From a virus (taxonomy: Duplodnaviria > Caudoviricetes), in the IMG/VR virus record IMGVR_UViG_3300033412_000368, positions 1 through 48,669 of that record: 48,669 bases of DNA. One strand, given 5' to 3'. Within the stretch, counting starts at the first letter, position 1; each line of letters starts with the position of its first letter. Both the position numbers and the translations under genes were made by a program. Below are positions 48,631 to 48,669 of the stretch, in pieces. Below the pieces are notes generated by a model. It did no database searches. It was not told where the DNA came from and saw only the letters and a program-made list of their open reading frames with translations.

Positions 48631-48669
48631 ATGATAATATTGAAAATATTAGCACTTATTCCAGTGATT
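48631..48669 (+). CDS. 5' part of a small membrane protein running off the window end
   Basis: AAGGGG RBS, MIILKILALIPV... Confidence 0.45.
   Translation, partial: MIILKILALIPVI

Noticed and set aside
1-48669. Prophage or Autographiviridae assignment
   Set aside because: No integrase, repressor, host flanks or single-subunit RNA polymerase was recognised.

Overview
An AT-rich, apparently near-complete tailed-phage genome (podovirus type) with two convergent arms. The + arm (1 to ~22.9 kb) carries T7-like replication genes: primase-helicase, family A DNA polymerase, 5'-3' exonuclease, resolvase and SSBs. I could not recognise an RNA polymerase, integrase or repressor. The - arm (~23.2-47.1 kb) carries terminase, portal, a GroES-like protein, capsid, P22-like tail genes and ejection proteins. 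This layout resembles Zobellviridae-like phages (inference). Three things stand out. (1) A pentapeptide-repeat cassette is present in 8 copies (~5.1 kb, about 10% of the genome). Its 5' and 3' ends are near-identical between copies, its middle is a mosaic 15-nt array of variable length, and it sits exactly at gene junctions, often supplying the RBS of the next gene. (2) A complete bacterial prkA(yeaG)-yeaH-spoVR(ycgB) module is present, with these cassettes at each junction. (3) A ~2.2 kb region at the right end holds several sigma70-type promoters that each precede a structured, ORF-free segment (candidate novel ncRNAs). All calls come from reading the sequence and from motif recognition; no searches were run.
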